A stretch of 64,000 bases of DNA from Scyliorhinus canicula (Eukaryota): NCBI RefSeq assembly GCF_902713615.1, contig NC_052174.1, positions 11,898,514 through 11,962,513 on the forward strand. Reading direction: 5' to 3'. Each line of letters opens with the position of its first letter. Position 1 is the first letter of the stretch. Positions 59,101-64,000 of this stretch are shown here, one piece after another. The position numbers were made by a program, and so were the translations under genes. The notes under the pieces are model-generated. The model was not told the DNA's origin and ran no database searches. It worked only from the letters and a program-made list of their open reading frames with translations.

Positions 59101-61887
59101 ACACAAATCTCACTCCTCTGAGGTTCCCTCCTCCAAGCACCTCACCCTGACCCATGTCTTGCACACCTGTTTCGTCCAGCTACCTTCCCTCCCCCCCCCC
59201 CCCCCCCCCCCTTGCCCATCCCTCACCAACAACCTCACCCTGAGTTTCATCCTGAGGTAACCTGAGCTTCTGCGTGGAGTAACCCGATCAGAATACGTGC
59301 AACCCCTGCCACCAAATCCAACCCCCCGTCTCCGGCCCTTCCCTGAGGCTCTTTCTTCTCTACTCACCAGTGATGATATAGGCGACGTCCACCAGCGAGG
59401 TAAGGACTGTCAGCAATTCTGCGGAAATCAAATTTTTAACCCACGTCAGATGTTCGCCCCTGGTGTCTGCCTTGAATGAACCGATGCAACGTAAATTGGC
59501 GACAACTTGCGCCCACGTGTAATGTCGTGTGTTGCTTCATAGACCCGACACGAAGTGGTAACGGGTGAGACACGGCATGTGAATAGCGGCTGGGGATGTC
59601 GGATTGGAAAAGGGTGTCACACCCATTGAAGGAGTTCAAGTAGAGGAGAGAGGGAGAGAGTTCCAGGTTACAGAGACCCAGTGGGCAGGAGGCCCTAGAA
59701 CCATGTGGTAAACCACTGTTACTGTATTATATATATTGTGGTAAACCACTGTTACTGTATTATATATATTGTGGGAAACCACCTGTTACTGTATTGTATA
59801 TATTGTGGGAAACCACCTGTTACTGTATTGTATATATTGTTTGTTGTCTCTGCTGGGTCCGCCTGTGGCTCCTCCCCTCAGGCTCTGTATAATGGTGGCT
59901 GACCTCTGGCCCTGCCCCAGTTCGGGATCAGTTGCCAGCAGGTTCTCGTTTAGCTTATTAAAGCCACAGTTTCGTTCCACGACTCGTCTTTGTCATAATT
60001 GATGGCACTATTAAAATGAAGTCACGAGTAGGCTCTAGGGCAGGCGGGAGTGGCAAAGTGGTAAAGGTATTTTCTCACAGCCCCTATTCAAACCTGCATT
60101 AAATCCTGATGAACAGGAGGGGGTTTTGAGGGCGTGGTCAATTAGCGGATTGGAAAGGGTGGCGAAAAGTCTTCATTTGGAGGGGTGCGGGGAGTTACAT
60201 ACAACAACAACTTCTATTTTTCTAAAAAATCCCTTTGGTGGCACAGAACGTGATATTGACGAAAAGAGAGACATGCTGCGGAAGTTTCTCGCCTTGCACT
60301 CACCAGGACAAGCACAAGAATACCAAACTTCAAACGATCACAGCAATTTACGCTCCAGGACAAAAGGGTGCCGATTGGCTGACCCTGATCAGCTGAGGTG
60401 TTGCCATGAAGATAGCAATGGGGAACTGTGGGCTCCCCAAGCCTCCAATCAATCAGCAACCTCTTCCACTGTGATCTAAATTGTGATCGTTTGAAATTTG
60501 GCATTCTGGTGTTTGTCATGTCGAGTGCAAGACAAGAAGCTTCAATAAGATGTATCTCTTTTCAGCAAGGTTCAAGTCATATTTATGTATTGACCAGAAT
60601 CTTCTGCCCCCACAGGGGATGAAGAAGGATACGGATGGGCCTGAGAATTTACGGGTTCGGGTCGGGGCTCATACGCGTCGTAAGTAAGTTCCAGGCTGAT
60701 GGGCCCCTATGATCGGCCTCCTATTCCCGCCTCCACTTGAGTCCTTTAAGCGGCCAATTAATGAATACCGAAGGGCCTCTTCCCGTCTCTACTGCAATTG
60801 TCCCAGCTCTAGGCAAGCCCAGACATGCAGAGCACATTTTGACATCGAACCCAGAAGGAGGTGACCAAAAACGTGCCTGAGCAGTCGATATTGAGGAGAG
60901 TCTGACAGGAAGTCAGAGAGGTGGAGAGGTTTAGGGAGGGAATTCCAGTGCCTAAGGGCCCAGACAGCTGAGGGGACGGCCACCAATGGTCAAACAGATC
61001 GTAGACGGCCTAAAAACAATCAAGACGCGTTTCTCTGGCTTCCCCCAGGGGCAGGACTGAGGCAGTGCTGCGCTGTTGTGGATTCAGAAGATCCCATGGG
61101 CACTATTTAGAAGAAGAGCCAGAGGAGCTCTCCCCCCCCCCCCCCCCCCCCAGGGGAACTGGACCAATATTTATCCCTCGCTCGACACCGGAACAATCCG
61201 ATCATCTGGGCGATCGTCGCATTGCTGTTTGTGGGATCTTGCTGTGTGCCAGTGGGCAGCCGGCTTTCCGACAGTAGCAGCAGTGGCCACACTTGAGGAA
61301 GTGCTTCACCGGACGCGAGATGCTTTGGGATGTCCTGCGGTTGTGAAGGGAGCTGGGCGATGCCAATCGTTCTCTTTAAATGACGTCAGGGTCACGTTGG
61401 CTGTCAGTCAATGTGATCAGAGGAGAGTCAGAGAATCATAGAGGTCGGCAGCACAGAACAGGCCCTTCGGCCCATCGCGTCTGCTGGTCAAAAACAATCA
61501 CCTCAGTGGAGAGACACCAACAGATTTGTTAACGATCGGGTGTGGGGGTCCTCATTAAAGTTTGCTGGCCAGGTGCCCGCCTTGGGAGACCAGTCTGGAT
61601 CCAGGCTGATCTGCCCTCATGCCTTTGTGAATGGCCTGTCTTACACGGAGGGTGGAGGTATAATTCAGACGTAGAGGCCTTATAATCGGCCGATAACGTT
61701 TTAAAATGATGTTCGTGACATTCAATGGCAGGCAACGCGCCCCGTCACGGAGGAGGGGGTGGGGGAGTGGACAATCGTGTTGCTTGCTCAAGTGTGAAAC
61801 AGGACTTGGCCTTCTCACAGAGATGTCCCACTCCCCTTCGCCGAACCTGGTCAGGTTCCACTCACTGTATCTGCGCGCAGGCTCCAT
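52985..61887 (-). CDS. Diverged TMEM272-like protein, copy C (~157 aa; first exon tentative)
   Basis: Exons 59368-59418 (51 nt), 58034-58255 (222 nt) and 52985-53163 are phase-1 compatible with no stops. Candidate first exon 61866-61887 (MEPARRY, donor A|GTGAGT, phase 1). Retains SCTK and YCDKTLYLFA. Confidence 0.7.
53413..53626 (+). mobile_element. Short SINE
   Basis: As 25236-25440. Confidence 0.8.
53830..55510 (-). mobile_element. Fragmented Gypsy pol remnants with a possible solo LTR (54316-54909, TTAA flanks)
   Basis: Integrase tail GERVLTRRY..KWTPAII.EKTG..S.TI..RVWQRYADKL (55060-55210); protease-like EVIPLKGCIMVNV (55385-55500). Confidence 0.6.
56325..57212 (-). mobile_element. CR1 LINE 3' portion
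   Basis: RLGEWAMKWQMEYNVEKC; LVRPHLEYCEQFW; (TCTTATGG)n tail. Confidence 0.92.
57448..57952. mobile_element. GC-rich MITE, right half only
   Basis: Similar to 51100-51614; TGCGCATGCGCA at 57481; end GAGAACCCCGCCC. Confidence 0.7.
58034..58255 (-). CDS. TMEM272-like copy C, exon 3
   Basis: ITYPGSCTKARSLPFYLVTCGTCDLVFTMISLIP...WEYVPEPANFLLFAA; ctctcttacag acceptor, CAG|GTACCT donor. Confidence 0.75.
58450..58635 (+). mobile_element. Short SINE (different head, GGCGACTAGGGG tail)
   Basis: GGTTCAATCC B-box; (TTTCA)n end. Confidence 0.7.
59368..59418 (-). CDS. TMEM272-like copy C, exon 2
   Basis: tttccgcag|..LLTVLTSLVDVAYIIT(G)|gtgagt; exactly 51 nt like its paralogs. Confidence 0.75.
59704..60012 (+). 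repeat. ~34-bp tandem repeat (4 copies) heading a small LTR-like element
   Basis: TGTGG(T/G)AAACCA(C)CTGTTACTGTATT.TATATAT repeated at 59704-59840; downstream TATAA and ATTAAA. Confidence 0.65.
61040..61380 (+). mobile_element. Deu-domain SINE (SacSINE1-like)
   Basis: GATCCCATGG..GAAGAAGAG..CCAATATTTATCCCTC..TTGCTGTTTGTGGGA.CTTGCTGTG..; family name from recall. Confidence 0.6.
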
Positions 61888-63629
61888 CCGCACCTCCGTC
61901 ACTTCCTTTTTGCCTGATTGTCACTCGCGGCCCATGGAAGGGAAAGGTTTACGCCGTCCCACCGCCGTCCTCCCCCCTCGACCACCCCGCGTCCCCCCTC
62001 CCCATCCCCCACCCCGCCTGGTCACTATTCAATTCACTTGCAAATCAGACCAATCAGAAGTTTGCACACAATTGAGATTGTGATGTCAGGGGGGACCTGA
62101 ATGGTCAAATATCTGGGCGTGTCACTGCTGTCTGTACAGTCTCAGGGCCTTGGCATCTGTTCGAGCGACTCTTGGAGCTGAGGTGCTCTCTGGGTGGGGG
62201 CTCGAGGGGCCGGATGGCCTCCTCCCCATTCCTCATGGCTTGCTGCTGTGGGAACGTGGGCCCCCAATCAATCTGGTGCAGCCAACAGTTCAGGCACCTG
62301 GCATCACACTGTCGACCGAGAAAGTGTGACGTACGTTCAAAATGTTCCGTCATGAACGTCATCACACTGAAAATAGAGTCATGTTGCTGAAGCATTTCGT
62401 CTCACACGGATCAGGACAATTACAAGAATACCAAATTTCAAACAATTGCAACTACAGGGGAAAAGGGGGTGCTGATTGGATGTCAATTCGACTCTGATTG
62501 GCAGAACTATATGCTGCGTGCAAGATTAAACATTTCAGTGACGTCGCTCTTTTTTTTAAGCAGTATTCAAGTTTTGTCACCCAGATACTTACGGATTCCC
62601 TGTGGCATCACATGCAGCAAACTTTAGAATCTCACCTGCTCTTGGGCCTATTGAGGCCTCAAATGCCAATAGCCATTTAATTTTGGGCCTCAATCTGCCA
62701 CCCCCCCCCCCCACCCCCCCCATCGCTAATTGACCTGCAGTATGGGAAGGCCTTGGCATGTGGGAAGCCCGGAAGGTTTAGCAGTGTGGTTTGTTGTTGG
62801 GTAAATGGGGGTGATGGGATTGAGGTCTTCCTTTGCAGGCCCTACGCGTCCATCGGACGCACACCCCCAACCATCCTCCACCTCACACCCTCTTTATCTC
62901 TCCCCTCACGACTCTCAAAGACGGCCTTTCACACCTCCACCAACCACCATCCAACACTCCCCCCACTCCCAGACCCCTATAGCCAGGACTAACTTTAAGT
63001 CTGGACTCCTTTTCGTCAGGGCAGTCTGAGGTGGCAGAAGTGGCCATCGCTCCCCGTCTGCTGCAAATGGACCTTCAGAGCTCTCGGACAATCTCGAAGG
63101 CAGAACATCCTCCCGGGAGCGGACTGGAGGACTCGCCTCAAAGCAATCGACGCGGCCTCCAGCGTCAGGTTCTGGAGTGACGGTCGCCACTCTGGGCGAG
63201 CTCACCACAGACCCTTCAACTGGGCACCAAGCCATCCTGGTGAAATCCAGCCTTTGGCGGTTCAAGACACATTGCAGAGAATTGAGCCCAGGCTCTCGGC
63301 TGGCAGCACAGCCATAGGGAGCATTGCACGGTCAGATTCGGCCCCAAAACCTGGCTGAAGGAAATGAGGGGAGTCAAATTTGGAGGAGCGCAGAGATATG
63401 GGAGGGTGCTAGGGGCTGTGGTGCTGGCCGGGGTTACGGTGGGGGGGGGGGGGGGGGGAGTGGGGGGGGGGGGGGGGGGGGGAAGGGGGGGGGGGTGTCA
63501 TTACAGAGGGAGAGAAGGCCCAGGCCACATATGGATTTGAAAATTGGGGCTCTGCCCCTTAACCTCTTGCTTCAACTTTATCAAGTCACCCCTGTAACCT
63601 TCTAAATTCCAGGTCTGTTAGTTTGTGTA

Positions 63630-63752
63630 AAGGGGATCAAGGGTTACGGGGAGAAGGCAGGAGAATGGGGATGAGAAAAATATCAGCCATGATTGAATGG
63701 CGGAGCAGACTCGATGAGCCGAGTGGCCTAATTCTGCTCCTGTGTCTTATGG
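63630..63752 (+). mobile_element. CR1 3' tail
   Basis: GGGTTACGGGGAGAAGGCAGGAGAATGGG..CCTAATTCTGCTCCT..TCTTATGG. Confidence 0.8.
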
Positions 63753-64000
63753 TGTAATCTTTCCACATACTGTAACCCCTAGAGTCCAGCTGGTATATGT
63801 ACACCCGCAGTACCATCCAAGGCAAATATATCTTTCTGAAGATGTATGTAGTGCCCAGGACCTGGTCACAGTGCTCCAGCTGTGGGGTTGTGTAGCTGAA
63901 ACATGACTGTCACCTTGTGCTGTCCTTCCCTACATGACGCCAGCTCAACACAGTTTATTCTAAGTCAAGTGCCTTTGGACGTTCTGAGAGGCCACTATTA

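Overview
Eukaryotic, repeat-dense vertebrate genomic DNA, almost certainly from a cartilaginous fish (abundant HE1-type SINEs and HER1/CR1 LINEs; catshark-like). Nearly all ORFs in the track are repeat-derived or spurious. Reading splice sites on the minus strand gives four real spliced genes, all in the same orientation. (1) The 5' part of a CARD6-like gene: CARD exon 3663-3987 with a GC-AG donor, a probable next exon at 272-367, and a candidate promoter with an ISRE at ~7927-8048. (2-4) A tandem array of three TMEM272-like four-transmembrane genes with the same exon layout and phase-1 introns: copy A 22872-26315 (179 aa), copy B 33734-45402 (175 aa) and a strongly diverged copy C 52985-~61887 (~157 aa). 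The rest is CR1/HER1, Rex1/Babar, L1, RTE and other LINE fragments, more than 20 SINEs with at least three tail types, Deu-domain SINEs, two pol-less Gypsy-type LTR elements with TSDs and a tRNA-Leu PBS, several solo LTRs, and a family of GC-rich palindromic Harbinger-like MITEs. All family assignments come from motif recognition by eye; no database searches were run.
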